A stretch of DNA of 64,000 bases. It comes from Treponemataceae bacterium (GTDB taxonomy: Bacteria; Spirochaetota; Spirochaetia; Treponematales; Rectinemataceae). Below the pieces are notes generated by a model. It saw nothing but the letters and a program-made list of their open reading frames with translations, was not told where the DNA came from and did not search any database. The translations under genes and the position numbers were made by a program. The stretch is taken from assembly GCA_963678065.2 (NCBI GenBank), contig CAXXVZ010000004.1:160001-224000 (forward strand). Reading direction: 5' to 3'. Below, piece by piece: positions 40,107-49,317 of this stretch. How positions within the stretch are numbered: the stretch's first letter is position 1; each line of letters begins with the position of its first letter.

Positions 40107-41414
40107 ATGAATTGGGCGGACACATACAAGTCAAGACTCGTGGACATCGATACGGCTGTTTCGAAGATCGGCACGGACAACGACGTCATCGTCGCCATGT
40201 GCGCCTCGGAACCTCAGGGCTGTATGAGTCGTTTCCATACTATTGCGGATCGGGTCGAGGAGGTGCGCGTTTTTTCCTGCCTCACCCTCAAGCCCTACGA
40301 TTTCTACATGAAGCCTGAAATGAAGGGGCACTTCGAACTCGCGAGCTGGTTCCACGCGCCCGGCTCGAGGGCGGCGCTCAAGGCCGGAAACGGTACGGTG
40401 ACCTTCGTTCCGAACATGCTGCACCGCTCGGCCTCGGACAGGATACACGCGCGCAGGCCCGACATCTTCTTCGGCACCTGCACGCCGCCGGACAAACACG
40501 GCTTCGTCTCCCTCTCCCTCGGCATCACCTACGAGAAGGACATCATCGAGGCGGCGAGAATCGTCGTGCTCGAGGTGAATCCGAGACTCCCGCGCACCCT
40601 CGGCGACACACAGATCCACGTCAGTGCGGTCGATTTCTTCGTCGAGAACGACCAGGAAGTGCCCTCCCTCCCCGCCCCGGAGCCGAACGGGACGGACATG
40701 ACTATCGGCGGCCACATCGCGGAACTCGTGGATGACGGATCCACCATCCAGCTCGGCATAGGCGGCATCCCCAACGCGGCCGCCCTGGCCCTGCGGGACA
40801 AAAAAGATCTCGGCGTCCACACGGAGATGTTCGTCGACTCGATGATGGAGCTCTACGAGATGGGCGTCATCACCAATGCGCGCAAGAGCCTGAAGCCGGG
40901 GAAATTCGTGACGACCTTCGCCATGGGCTCGCGCGCCCTCTACGACTGGCTCGACGACAATGTCGTCGTGGAATTCCAGCGCGGACGCTGGGTGAACGAC
41001 CCGCACACCGTCGCCCAGAACTCGAAGATGGTCTCGGTGAACACCTGCATCATGGTGGATCTCACGGGCCAGGTCGCGAGCGAGAGCATCGGGGCCGCGC
41101 AGTATTCGGGCACGGGGGGGCAGTCGGACACCGCCCAGGGCGCGGTCGCCGGAACGGACGGGCTCGGCAAGAGCATCATCGCCTGCTACTCCACGGCCAA
41201 GAACGGAACGGTGTCGACGATCGTACCGACCCTGCCCGAGGGAAGCGCCGTGACTCTGCACCGGAGCTTCGTCGACCACGTCGTGACGGAGAACGGCATC
41301 GCCCGCCTGCGCGGCAAAACCGTCAGGGAAAGGGTGCGCGAGCTCATCGGCATCGCGAAGCCAGAGTTCCGCGCCGATCTGGAAGCGGGAGCGCGGAAAC
41401 TCGGCTACCTCTGA
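40107..41414 (+). CDS. Acetyl-CoA hydrolase/transferase family (4-hydroxybutyrate CoA-transferase-like)
   Basis: 'QLGIGGIPNA', 'DLGVHTEM', 'VDLTGQVASE', 'SGTGGQ', 'VVTENGIA'. Confidence 0.92.
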   Translation: MNWADTYKSRLVDIDTAVSKIGTDNDVIVAMCASEPQGCMSRFHTIADRVEEVRVFSCLTLKPYDFYMKPEMKGHFELASWFHAPGSRAALKAGNGTVTFVPNMLHRSASDRIHARRPDIFFGTCTPPDKHGFVSLSLGITYEKDIIEAARIVVLEVNPRLPRTLGDTQIHVSAVDFFVENDQEVPSLPAPEPNGTDMTIGGHIAELVDDGSTIQLGIGGIPNAAALALRDKKDLGVHTEMFVDSMMELYEMGVITNARKSLKPGKFVTTFAMGSRALYDWLDDNVVVEFQRGRWVNDPHTVAQNSKMVSVNTCIMVDLTGQVASESIGAAQYSGTGGQSDTAQGAVAGTDGLGKSIIACYSTAKNGTVSTIVPTLPEGSAVTLHRSFVDHVVTENGIARLRGKTVRERVRELIGIAKPEFRADLEAGARKLGYL

Positions 41415-41563
41415 AATTCAAAAACATCATATAAAGAGTGGGGAGAAATCGTGTCGCAGGCGGCAGCATCGCCTGCGACACGGCATCCCCGGCAGGCCCA
41501 CCCGGAGGCGATGCTGCCGCCAGAGGGTTCACAGCTTGCGCCGCGGTCTGAATTCCTTTCGTT

Positions 41564-42745
41564 TCATTTTCCGTCAAAACGTGCGCACAGATCTCCTGAA
41601 ACGCTCGAGAGCGAGAGCGGAACCGAGCCGTCGCCGACAACGGCCTGCCGTGTCCTGAGCTGTTCCCCGTCGACCTCGATCCGGATTTCCCCGGAGACTG
41701 TCACCGCGCGGACTCTGGCGCCGATTTCTCTCCCCAGACGGCATTCGACATCGCCCGATATCGTATTGACCACCGCTCCTCCGAACAGTCGCTTCGCTTC
41801 TATTCCGATGTTTCCGGAAGTGCTCTCCACCCTGAGGGAACCTGCGCATTCCTTGATGCCGATATCTCCCGAGACTGTCGTCACCCTCGCGTCGGAAGCC
41901 TGGTTTTCAAGGGCGACATCGCCTGAGGTGGTGGTTATTTCGACCTTCCCGGCCAAATTCGCGACTTCCACATCGCCCGAAATAGTCTTTATTCCCGCAT
42001 CCGTGCAGTCCTGCACCTCGATATCCCCCGATTTCGTCGAACAGGAGAGGCTCGCATCCACTCCGTTCACCGAAATGTCGCCCGATGTGGACTGCAGGCG
42101 CAGGACTTCAATCTGTGCGGGAACGCGTACGAGAATCAGATCCAATCCCTGAAGCCGTTTCTTCTCTTCGAGCACCAGGGTCCTTCCCTCAAGCACTGCC
42201 GTAAAATGATCCGAGTCGACGAGACCTTCCGCCCCGACGCGGATTTCACTGACCGAAGACAGGACCTCGACATCGGCCGAGATAGCCCGAACGACGATCG
42301 AATCGGCTTCCCTCGCGGGTATTTCCTTAGAAAATGAATCTGGCCCCGAGCGGTCGCGATATTTTTCGCCGCGCATGCGCGATTCGAGAAAATCGCCGAG
42401 ATTGAAGGTAGTCCGGATACGGTATCGATGGTGGCGGTTCCCCTCGCAGCAGGGATCGGACCTGTCGCCCTCGCCCTCTTCTCCGGAAGCAGAGCCGGTG
42501 GAACCGGAGGCATCTGAACCGGCATTGCGCTTTTTTTCAATCGTCAAACCTTCGTCGAGAATCGCTTGCGCGACAAGGCCGGGCGAATCGAGGCGCAGGA
42601 TCGTCTCTTCTTCCGATTCCCCGGGATGGGCTGCTCTGAGATCGTCGATGTGACTGTCCAGCTCCTGCAGGATGTCTTCCCGTGTCGCCGAATCGAGCGC
42701 TTCCAGCTTGTATTTCAATAGTTTCAAGTATTCCTGCCGTGTCAT
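41564..42745 (-). CDS. HAAS (DUF1700) + Toastrack/DUF4097 beta-repeat protein
   Basis: N-terminal 'MTRQEYLKLLKYKL...REDILQELDSHI..GESEEE...SPGLVA'; C-terminal repeated 'T.SGD(I/V)' beta-helix motifs. Confidence 0.8.
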   Translation of the reverse strand: MTRQEYLKLLKYKLEALDSATREDILQELDSHIDDLRAAHPGESEEETILRLDSPGLVAQAILDEGLTIEKKRNAGSDASGSTGSASGEEGEGDRSDPCCEGNRHHRYRIRTTFNLGDFLESRMRGEKYRDRSGPDSFSKEIPAREADSIVVRAISADVEVLSSVSEIRVGAEGLVDSDHFTAVLEGRTLVLEEKKRLQGLDLILVRVPAQIEVLRLQSTSGDISVNGVDASLSCSTKSGDIEVQDCTDAGIKTISGDVEVANLAGKVEITTTSGDVALENQASDARVTTVSGDIGIKECAGSLRVESTSGNIGIEAKRLFGGAVVNTISGDVECRLGREIGARVRAVTVSGEIRIEVDGEQLRTRQAVVGDGSVPLSLSSVSGDLCARFDGK

Positions 42746-43098
42746 GCTACCTCCCCTGCCTGTCCGATTTTTTCATAGGCCGCAGCATTTTTTCCGTACT
42801 CGGCGCGCATCGCGTCGAGCAGTTCCGTTCCCGCCCCTGTGAGTCGGTAGTATTTGCGCGGATGCCCTGTCTCGGGTGTTGTCCACTTCGCCTCGAGGGT
42901 CCTTTCGCGCGTCATCCGCATGAGGAGAGGGTAGAGTGTTCCCTCCGTGAGCTCTATGCCGACCCCGGAGAGTCTCGTCATGAGATCGAGACCGTATCCC
43001 TCGCCTCCTGCGTCAATCGACGAAAGAACGCAGAGTTCGAGGAAGCCCTTTCGCGACTGGGATCTCCATTTTTCGAACAGTTCTCTTGAATCTTCCAT
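42742..43098 (-). CDS. PadR family transcriptional regulator
   Basis: 'RKGFLELCVL', 'YG', 'EGTLYPLLMR', 'PRKYYRLT..G'; SD AAGGAGG. Confidence 0.92.
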   Translation of the reverse strand: MEDSRELFEKWRSQSRKGFLELCVLSSIDAGGEGYGLDLMTRLSGVGIELTEGTLYPLLMRMTRERTLEAKWTTPETGHPRKYYRLTGAGTELLDAMRAEYGKNAAAYEKIGQAGEVA

Positions 43099-43108
43099 GA
43101 AGCCTCCT

Positions 43109-43396
43109 TCAGGCCGGATTGTCGTGCCCGGACAGGAGCCGGTACAGCTCGAAGGTCTCTCTGCGGGCCGTGAGGTCCGCAAAGCGCGAATCGCCGTAAA
43201 ATCCCGGCACGAAACGCTCAGGTGAGCCGCGCAATCTTTCGTCGATGCGGGGTGTATCCCGCGTGCAGGTCCGCGCGCCGGCCGGACCATGCGGGTCGGA
43301 AACCCGCACGCGCCGCGCATCCTTTCCGGCATGCGCGAGAGCCAGGAGGAGCCGGCGGATGCCCGACTCCCTGCCCGCGCTCAGTGTTGTGTCCAC
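43109..43396 (-). CDS. Small hypothetical protein (95 aa), first gene of the PadR operon
   Basis: AAGGAGAG SD then GTG 43396; the TGA stop abuts the padR SD; lies just downstream of a near-consensus promoter. Confidence 0.6.
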   Translation of the reverse strand: MDTTLSAGRESGIRRLLLALAHAGKDARRVRVSDPHGPAGARTCTRDTPRIDERLRGSPERFVPGFYGDSRFADLTARRETFELYRLLSGHDNPA

Positions 43397-43415
43397 GATT
43401 CTCTCCTTTACGAAA

Positions 43416-43459
43416 TATATTGCATTACATAGTATATTGCATGATTTAATATTTTTCAA
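43416..43459 (-). promoter_or_regulatory. Sigma70 promoter with overlapping candidate PadR operator
   Basis: TTGAAA-17-TATACT on the minus strand; 10-bp direct repeat TATATTGCAT at 43416-43425 and 43433-43442 in an AT-rich patch. Confidence 0.7.
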
Positions 43460-43514
43460 GTTTTCGTCGCGGAATCGCTGTCTGAATCCCTCGGGATGGC
43501 CAGGGGCCGGCGAG

Positions 43515-43543
43515 TTGACCTGCGGCCCCTGCCGCCGCATATT
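43515..43543 (+). promoter_or_regulatory. Promoter for tatD-tcdA (probably leaderless)
   Basis: TTGACC-17-CATATT, then 6 bp to ATG 43550. Confidence 0.55.
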
Positions 43544-43549
43544 CGTACC

Positions 43550-44320
43550 ATGTACGCTGACGCCCATCTCCACCTCGTCGACCTTGCCGGACGGGAACCT
43601 GGTTTTCCGGAAAAACTGTCGGGTTTGGGTTGGACGGCCTGCGCGGCCTGCCACGACGAGGCCGAATACGAAATCCAGAAAGGCCTTCTGCCGCGCCTTT
43701 CCCCGATCATCACGAGTTTCGGCATCCATCCTCAGTGGCCGGTCTGGAAAAACGCCGATCTCCTCGCACGCCTCGCGGCGACGAAAGAAATCCAGGCGGT
43801 CGGCGAAGCCGGATTCGATTTTTTCGGCGATAGGCCGGAAAGGGTCAGAAATCCCGAAAACGAGAGGATCCAGCGCGGCGTCTTCGAATTCCAACTGGAA
43901 CTCGCGGAACGACACGACCTTCCCATGGTCCTCCATTTCCGGAAATCGATGGACATGGTCTTCGCCTACGCGAAGCGGCTCGCGCGCCAGCGCTCGCTCA
44001 TCTTTCACTGTTTTTCCGGCAGCGCCGAAGATGCGCTCTCAATCCTCCGGCACGGCATCGACGCGTGGTTTTCGTTCGGGACTCCAGTGATCAAGGGCAA
44101 TAAACGGGCCGCACGCGCCTGCGCCCTCGTCCCCCCGGACAGACTCTTGTCCGAGACTGACGCGCCGTGGCAGGCTCCACGGGGCTTTGCATGGTGCGAC
44201 GCCCGGACCATCGTCGACGTTGTGGCGGCGATAGCCCGCATCCGCGGCATGGAGGAAGGCGGGCTCGCCGGGCTCGTCGCCCACAATTTCAGGAAAGCCT
44301 ACGGACTGGAAGGAGACTGA
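43550..44320 (+). CDS. TatD family nuclease
   Basis: 'DAHLH', 'GIHP', 'VGEAGFD', 'FHCFSGS', 'LSETDAP'. Confidence 0.9.
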   Translation: MYADAHLHLVDLAGREPGFPEKLSGLGWTACAACHDEAEYEIQKGLLPRLSPIITSFGIHPQWPVWKNADLLARLAATKEIQAVGEAGFDFFGDRPERVRNPENERIQRGVFEFQLELAERHDLPMVLHFRKSMDMVFAYAKRLARQRSLIFHCFSGSAEDALSILRHGIDAWFSFGTPVIKGNKRAARACALVPPDRLLSETDAPWQAPRGFAWCDARTIVDVVAAIARIRGMEEGGLAGLVAHNFRKAYGLEGD

Positions 44321-44326
44321 GCCAGG

Positions 44327-45055
44327 ATGAGTTTCGACGAGCGCACGAGGATACTTCTCGGCAATGAGGCTGCGGATCTGCTCGCGCGGTCATCGGTGGC
44401 TGTGTATGGCCTCGGAGGGGTAGGCGCCGCATGCGCCATGGATCTCGTCAGGTCGGGCATCGGCCGGATCGTCGCTTTCGACCTCGACAGTGTCAAGGAA
44501 TCGAACTTGAACCGACTGTACTTCGGCTACGCGCGGGACATCGGGAGGCCGAAGGCCGAAGTCTTCGCGGAATACGCGCGCGAAGTAAATCCCGATGTCG
44601 TCGTCGAATCGGAGCGCCGGTTTTTCTCGGGCGAGACGGCGCGCGACATCATCGCGCAGGGCTGTGCCGTCCACATCGACTGCGTCGACTCCCTGAATCC
44701 CAAGACCAACCTCATCGCCGCCCTCGCGTCGGAGGGAAAGACCTTCATCTCGAGCCTCGGGACGGCCGGCAGGCTCGATCCCGCCCGGCTGCGCATCGTC
44801 TCGATATGGGAAACCAACAACTGTCCGCTCGCTGCGGCAGTCCGCCATCGCCTCCGCAGAATGAAAGTCGACGCGGATTTTCCCGTGGTGTGGAGCGATG
44901 AGCCGGCGAGGCCGCCGGTACCGCCGCCTGAAGGTCACACGCAGGCCGCTCCGGGACGCATGAGGATGGTGCAGGGCTCCATGGCATTCGTACCCCAGGC
45001 CGCAGGCCACCTCATCGCGAGCTGGGCAGTCAGAGAAATTCTTGGGCTCGTCTGA
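44327..45055 (+). CDS. tcdA: ThiF-family tRNA threonylcarbamoyladenosine dehydratase (TcdA-like)
   Basis: 'GLGGVG', 'SNLNR', 'DCVD...K', 'CPLA..VRHRLR', 'VVWSDE', 'GSMAFVP'. Confidence 0.8.
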   Translation: MSFDERTRILLGNEAADLLARSSVAVYGLGGVGAACAMDLVRSGIGRIVAFDLDSVKESNLNRLYFGYARDIGRPKAEVFAEYAREVNPDVVVESERRFFSGETARDIIAQGCAVHIDCVDSLNPKTNLIAALASEGKTFISSLGTAGRLDPARLRIVSIWETNNCPLAAAVRHRLRRMKVDADFPVVWSDEPARPPVPPPEGHTQAAPGRMRMVQGSMAFVPQAAGHLIASWAVREILGLV

Positions 45056-45058
45056 AGC

Positions 45059-46138
45059 TCAGACCGTCCCGAGGAGGCTCTGCACGCCCAGGCTGCAGAG
45101 GGCGACGGCCAGCCAGACAGCCAGACCCAGAAAAAGAGGCCTCGGGCCAGCCGCAACCAGTTTTCTGAAGTCGGTCTTGAGTCCGATGGCCGAGAGGGCG
45201 AGGACGATGAGAAATTTCCCCGCTTCCTTCAGGAAGGCCATCGCGGGGGTCGAAACGATCCCGCTCGTCCGCAAGGCCGCCATCGCGATAAAACCGAGGA
45301 CGAACCAGGGAAAAGTTTTTTTCCAGTCATAGCTCAGTCCTGCGCCGCTTCCCGGGCCTGCGCCGAGGCCCGCGGCTCTTTTCCTGCGCGCGGCGGCGAT
45401 GAAGGCGAAGGCGAGCGAAACGGGCAGTATCATGAGGGTTCTCGTCAGTTTGACGACGGTGGCGTAGTCGCCTGCCTCCGTCCCGAAGACGTAGCCCGCG
45501 GCGACGACCGAAGAAGTGTCGTTGATGGCCGTTCCGGCGAAGAGCCCGAAGCCCCGCTGGCTCAGGCCGAGCCAGCTGCCCAGGGGCGGAAAGAGGAAGA
45601 CCGCGACGACATTGAAGAGGAACACGACCGAGATCGCGTACGAGACATCCTTGTCCTCGGCGTCTATGCAGGGTGCGACGGCGGCGATGGCCGATCCGCC
45701 GCAGATCGCCGTCCCCGAGGCGATGAGACTGGTGAGTCCAAAACCCGTTCTGAGGATCGTGCCGAGGAAGAAAGCGACGAGGAAGGCGGCGACGAGGGTC
45801 GCGAGGATGACGGCGAGGGAGTCGGCGCCCGTATGGAACACCTGAGTGAGGCTCATGGATGAGCCCAAAAGGACGACGGCGCCCTTCAGGAGGGTTTTTG
45901 AGCTGTAATCGAGACCGGTGGTCGTCGATGCCGGCCTTCCGGCGACATTGTTGACGATGATGCCGAAGAGAATCCCGAAGACGGAGGCGCCCATGACGGG
46001 AAAAACCCTGCCGGCAAACCACGCAGCGAGGGCAACCGCGAGGGCGAGTCCGAGACCTGGAACTCTTTTTTTCCATACAGGGGAAAAGCGATCGAGGAAA
46101 GAGGCCCCGATGTGGCCGTCAGCGCCCGCCTCATGCAC
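45059..46138 (-). CDS. YeiH/UPF0324 putative sulfate exporter family membrane protein
   Basis: 'GTAICGGSAIAA', 'AGTAINDTSSVVA', 'VKLTR', 'PWFVLGF'. Start uncertain. Confidence 0.9.
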   Translation of the reverse strand: MHEAGADGHIGASFLDRFSPVWKKRVPGLGLALAVALAAWFAGRVFPVMGASVFGILFGIIVNNVAGRPASTTTGLDYSSKTLLKGAVVLLGSSMSLTQVFHTGADSLAVILATLVAAFLVAFFLGTILRTGFGLTSLIASGTAICGGSAIAAVAPCIDAEDKDVSYAISVVFLFNVVAVFLFPPLGSWLGLSQRGFGLFAGTAINDTSSVVAAGYVFGTEAGDYATVVKLTRTLMILPVSLAFAFIAAARRKRAAGLGAGPGSGAGLSYDWKKTFPWFVLGFIAMAALRTSGIVSTPAMAFLKEAGKFLIVLALSAIGLKTDFRKLVAAGPRPLFLGLAVWLAVALCSLGVQSLLGTV

Positions 46139-46481
46139 GCCGGTGTTCCGCGATGGCCGGGGAAAGATCGGAGGAATCGACGGGGCGCTGACGTTCGTTC
46201 GACATGGCCAGACATTTTTTCGGACAGGCGATGACGCAGGCCCCGCAGATCACGCAGGCCAGTCGGTCGATCCTCCAGCTGGATTCGGCGCGTTTCACGA
46301 CGATGGCAGCCGCCGGGCAGTGGCGCTGGCAGGCCCCGCAGAAGATGCAGTTCGGGAAGTCGATCTCTATCCGTCCCCGGGTCGCCGCGAAGGGCTTCCG
46401 GACCACGAAGGGATATCGCCGGGTCGCCGGTTTCGAAAGCAGGTTGCGAAGCGCGATGCGCGCCATGGGCATGAAACTCAC
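46131..46481 (-). CDS. echF: Ech hydrogenase 2x[4Fe-4S] subunit
   Basis: 'KPATRRYP', 'CIFCGACQRHCP', 'CVICGACVIACP'; GTG start after GAGGT. Confidence 0.88.
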   Translation of the reverse strand: MSFMPMARIALRNLLSKPATRRYPFVVRKPFAATRGRIEIDFPNCIFCGACQRHCPAAAIVVKRAESSWRIDRLACVICGACVIACPKKCLAMSNERQRPVDSSDLSPAIAEHRRA

Positions 46482-46486
46482 TGCGT

Positions 46487-47587
46487 TCACCTCTCGGTGC
46501 ATGAAATGCAGGGATCGATTGTGAGGATTATAGTCCCCACGTCGGCGAGATCGGAGCCTTTCATGATTTCGACCATTGCCGGAATATTGGCGAAGGTCGG
46601 CGTCCGGGCGCGGAAACGTTCGAGATACTTCGTGCCGTTCGCGCGGACGAAATAGAGAACCTCGCCGCGGGGTTGTTCGAGCCGTATGAAAGCCTCGCCC
46701 GTCGGATTGCCTTTTACCGGAACGGAGACGGGACCTGATGGCATGGATGCGACGAGCCGCTCGAGGATGAGGAATGATTGGGCGATTTCCCGTATGCGCA
46801 CGAGGGCACGGGCCATGCAGTCTCCCGCCGTCTCGACGCAGGTCTCGAACTCGATCTCACCGTATGCCGCGTAGCCCCTGCGACGGAGGTCGAAATCCGT
46901 CCCGCTCGCGCGGAGCATCGGCCCCACGGCCCCGAGCATGTTGGCCTTTTCCCGGGAGAGCACTCCGACACCTTCGAGACGGTGTCGCACGGTGCTGTCG
47001 TTCACGAAAACCTCGGCCAGGCCGTTGACGGTATTCCGCGCCATCTTCAGCGCGGAAAGGCAGCGGGCGAGGGGCTCGTCGTCGGGATTGCGCCGGACGC
47101 CGCCGATGGCGCTGGAGCCAAAAATCACGCGGCCGCCAGCGGTCTCCTCGACTACGTCGAGGACGAGTTCGCGCGCCCGCCACGAGGCCATGAAGAGGTT
47201 CTCGAAGCCGAAAGCGTCAGCCGCGAGCCCGAGCCAGAGCAGATGGCTGTGGATGCGCGAAAGCTCGCACCAGAACGAGCGCAGCCATCTCGCCCGGTCG
47301 GGGACAGTGATGCCCATGATGGTTTCCACGGCTTCACAGTACCCCATGCCGTGCATGAAGCTGCAGATTCCGCAGATGCGCTCGGCCACGAACACGTAGT
47401 CCTGGTACTCGCGCTTCTCGACGAGGAGTTCGAGGCCGCGGTGGATGTAGCCTATCTGCGGAATGGCGTCCACGATTTTTTCATCCTGGAGGACGAGGTC
47501 GAAGTGGAGGGGTTCGGGAAGGACAGGGTGCTGGGGACCAAAGGGTATCAGGGTCGGTCCGCAGGACGAGGTGGCCGCGCCGCTCAT
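46487..47587 (-). CDS. echE: Ech [NiFe]-hydrogenase large subunit
   Basis: 'PFGPQHPVLPEP', L1 'ERICGICS', L2 'DPCISCTER*' with no C-terminal extension. Confidence 0.95.
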   Translation of the reverse strand: MSGAATSSCGPTLIPFGPQHPVLPEPLHFDLVLQDEKIVDAIPQIGYIHRGLELLVEKREYQDYVFVAERICGICSFMHGMGYCEAVETIMGITVPDRARWLRSFWCELSRIHSHLLWLGLAADAFGFENLFMASWRARELVLDVVEETAGGRVIFGSSAIGGVRRNPDDEPLARCLSALKMARNTVNGLAEVFVNDSTVRHRLEGVGVLSREKANMLGAVGPMLRASGTDFDLRRRGYAAYGEIEFETCVETAGDCMARALVRIREIAQSFLILERLVASMPSGPVSVPVKGNPTGEAFIRLEQPRGEVLYFVRANGTKYLERFRARTPTFANIPAMVEIMKGSDLADVGTIILTIDPCISCTER

Positions 47588-48003
47588 GGCGTACCCTCCG
47601 CGATGCCCGTGATCCGGATTGGTCCGGGAGACTCCACGCAGGCGCCCGCCACGGAGACTTTCCGGAAGGGCCGGTCGCCGTCCACATCGAAGACCTTGCC
47701 TTCCCAATCAGGATCGATGCGCTCGATCCTGACTCCGAAAAGATCGCGTATCTCGTTCTCGTAAAAAAAGGCGGCCCGATAAAAAGGTGTGATGCTCGGA
47801 ACCGGGTCTTTCGCGTCGATGTCCAGCCTGAGCGTGTGCAGGGCGTAGCCTCCGCCGAAGGAGTAGTCGAGCTCATACCTGTCGCCCGAAGAAAGGGCGA
47901 GGATCTGGACGAGGCGCCAGTCATCCAGCCTGAGCGAATCGACGGCCGCGAGAAGGGTCTGAGGAGTCACCTCCTCGATATCCTGTATCTCCCTTTCGAT
48001 CAT
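47584..48003 (-). CDS. echD: Ech hydrogenase subunit D (NuoC-like)
   Basis: 'WRLVQI', 'YSF', 'PSIT..Y.AAFFYENEIRDLFG'. Confidence 0.9.
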   Translation of the reverse strand: MIEREIQDIEEVTPQTLLAAVDSLRLDDWRLVQILALSSGDRYELDYSFGGGYALHTLRLDIDAKDPVPSITPFYRAAFFYENEIRDLFGVRIERIDPDWEGKVFDVDGDRPFRKVSVAGACVESPGPIRITGIAEGTP

Positions 48004-48446
48004 GCCGGAGCTCCTCTTTTGCCTTTCAGGGCCGCGCGGCGCTCGGCGAGTATGCCAGCCGCGCGCACGACTCCGTCGAGGATGGACTCAGGTTTTGCCG
48101 CGCAGCCCGCAACGTAGACATCCACGGGAATCGCGGTGGCGACGCCGCCGTGAATGTTGTAGCACTCGGCGAACACTCCGCCCGAATAAGCGCAAGCGCC
48201 GACGGCGACGACAACCCTCGGTTCGGGCATCTGCGCATAGATGTTCTTGACGACAGGCGCACAGAGGGCGTTGACACCGCCCGTCACTATGAAAATATCC
48301 GCCTGTTTGGGGTCCCCGGTCACGATGCATCCGAACCTTTCGGCATCGTACATCGGCGTGAGACAAGCCAGCACTTCGATATCGCAGCCGTTGCAGCTCG
48401 AACCGTCGTAATGGATGAGCCAGGGAGAGCGCTCGATGCCGCCCAC
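48000..48446 (-). CDS. echC: Ech hydrogenase small subunit (NuoB-like)
   Basis: 'SPWLIHYDGSSCNGCDIE', 'VGACA', 'DVYVAGC'. Confidence 0.93.
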   Translation of the reverse strand: MGGIERSPWLIHYDGSSCNGCDIEVLACLTPMYDAERFGCIVTGDPKQADIFIVTGGVNALCAPVVKNIYAQMPEPRVVVAVGACAYSGGVFAECYNIHGGVATAIPVDVYVAGCAAKPESILDGVVRAAGILAERRAALKGKRGAPA

Positions 48447-48447
48447 T

Positions 48448-49317
48448 TCAGTGCCCCCTCGTGATGAGATAGAACGGGATGAGATTGCCGGCGCCGACGA
48501 CCAGCGCGATGATCCAGGCCGTGGAAAGAGCGAGCTCCCACTTCACGCGGGCGGTCACGTTGTCGATCAGGATGATGAGAAAATAGGTGAAGACCACGCC
48601 AAGACAGCTGGCGAGCAGGCTCGAGCTGAAGAAAAGGAATACGAGGGCGTAGAGGTAGGAGGACTCATACCAGTGGGCGAGTTCGACGAGGCCGAGGGTC
48701 GGGCCGCCCATGTCCGCCGTGAGGCCCTTGACGAGTTCCTGGTGGGCGTGGTGGGAGGTGGAGAGGTCGAAGGGCGATTTGTGCAGCTTCATGACCAGGA
48801 TGACGATTATGCAGAGGTAGATGCCCGGCAGGTAGAGAATGACCGGCATGGGAGAGCGCATGATGTCGTAGAAGTTGAAGCCTTTCGTCACATCGTAGAG
48901 CCCGACGAGTACGAGGATGACCATGGGCTCGTAGGCCAGCATGAGGATGAGTTCGCGCTCGGCGCCGATGGTCCCGAAGGGCGAGCCGGTCGAGTACGCG
49001 GCCAGAATGAGAAAGATTCCCGAAAGGGTGAGAACGAAAATGATGAGCAGAATGTCGGAACCTTCGAAAAACAGGGCCCCGGTGACCACCGCAAAAATCA
49101 GATGACTCGCCACGAGCGGTATCTGCAGGCGGTTGACGGGCTGTATACGGCGGCTGAAGAGCTTGCGAAGATCGTAGAAGGGCTGCAGGATGGGCGGGCC
49201 TACTCTCCCCTGGAGACGCGCCGTGATTTTTCTGTCAAGGCCATCCAGAAGACCGCCCGCGAGCGGGCCCAGAATCACATAACCCAGGATTGCGAGGATG
49301 CGCGTTCCGGTATTCAT
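48448..49317 (-). CDS. echB: Ech hydrogenase membrane subunit (NuoH-like)
   Basis: 'GLDRKITARLQGRVGPPILQPFYD', 'KSPFDLSTSHHAHQE'. Confidence 0.93.
   Translation of the reverse strand: MNTGTRILAILGYVILGPLAGGLLDGLDRKITARLQGRVGPPILQPFYDLRKLFSRRIQPVNRLQIPLVASHLIFAVVTGALFFEGSDILLIIFVLTLSGIFLILAAYSTGSPFGTIGAERELILMLAYEPMVILVLVGLYDVTKGFNFYDIMRSPMPVILYLPGIYLCIIVILVMKLHKSPFDLSTSHHAHQELVKGLTADMGGPTLGLVELAHWYESSYLYALVFLFFSSSLLASCLGVVFTYFLIILIDNVTARVKWELALSTAWIIALVVGAGNLIPFYLITRGH

Noticed and set aside
43550..45055. TatD + ThiF pair as an anti-phage system
   Set aside because: The ThiF protein has TcdA-specific motifs, and there are no E2/JAB, CBASS or QatABC partners nearby; a housekeeping reading suffices.
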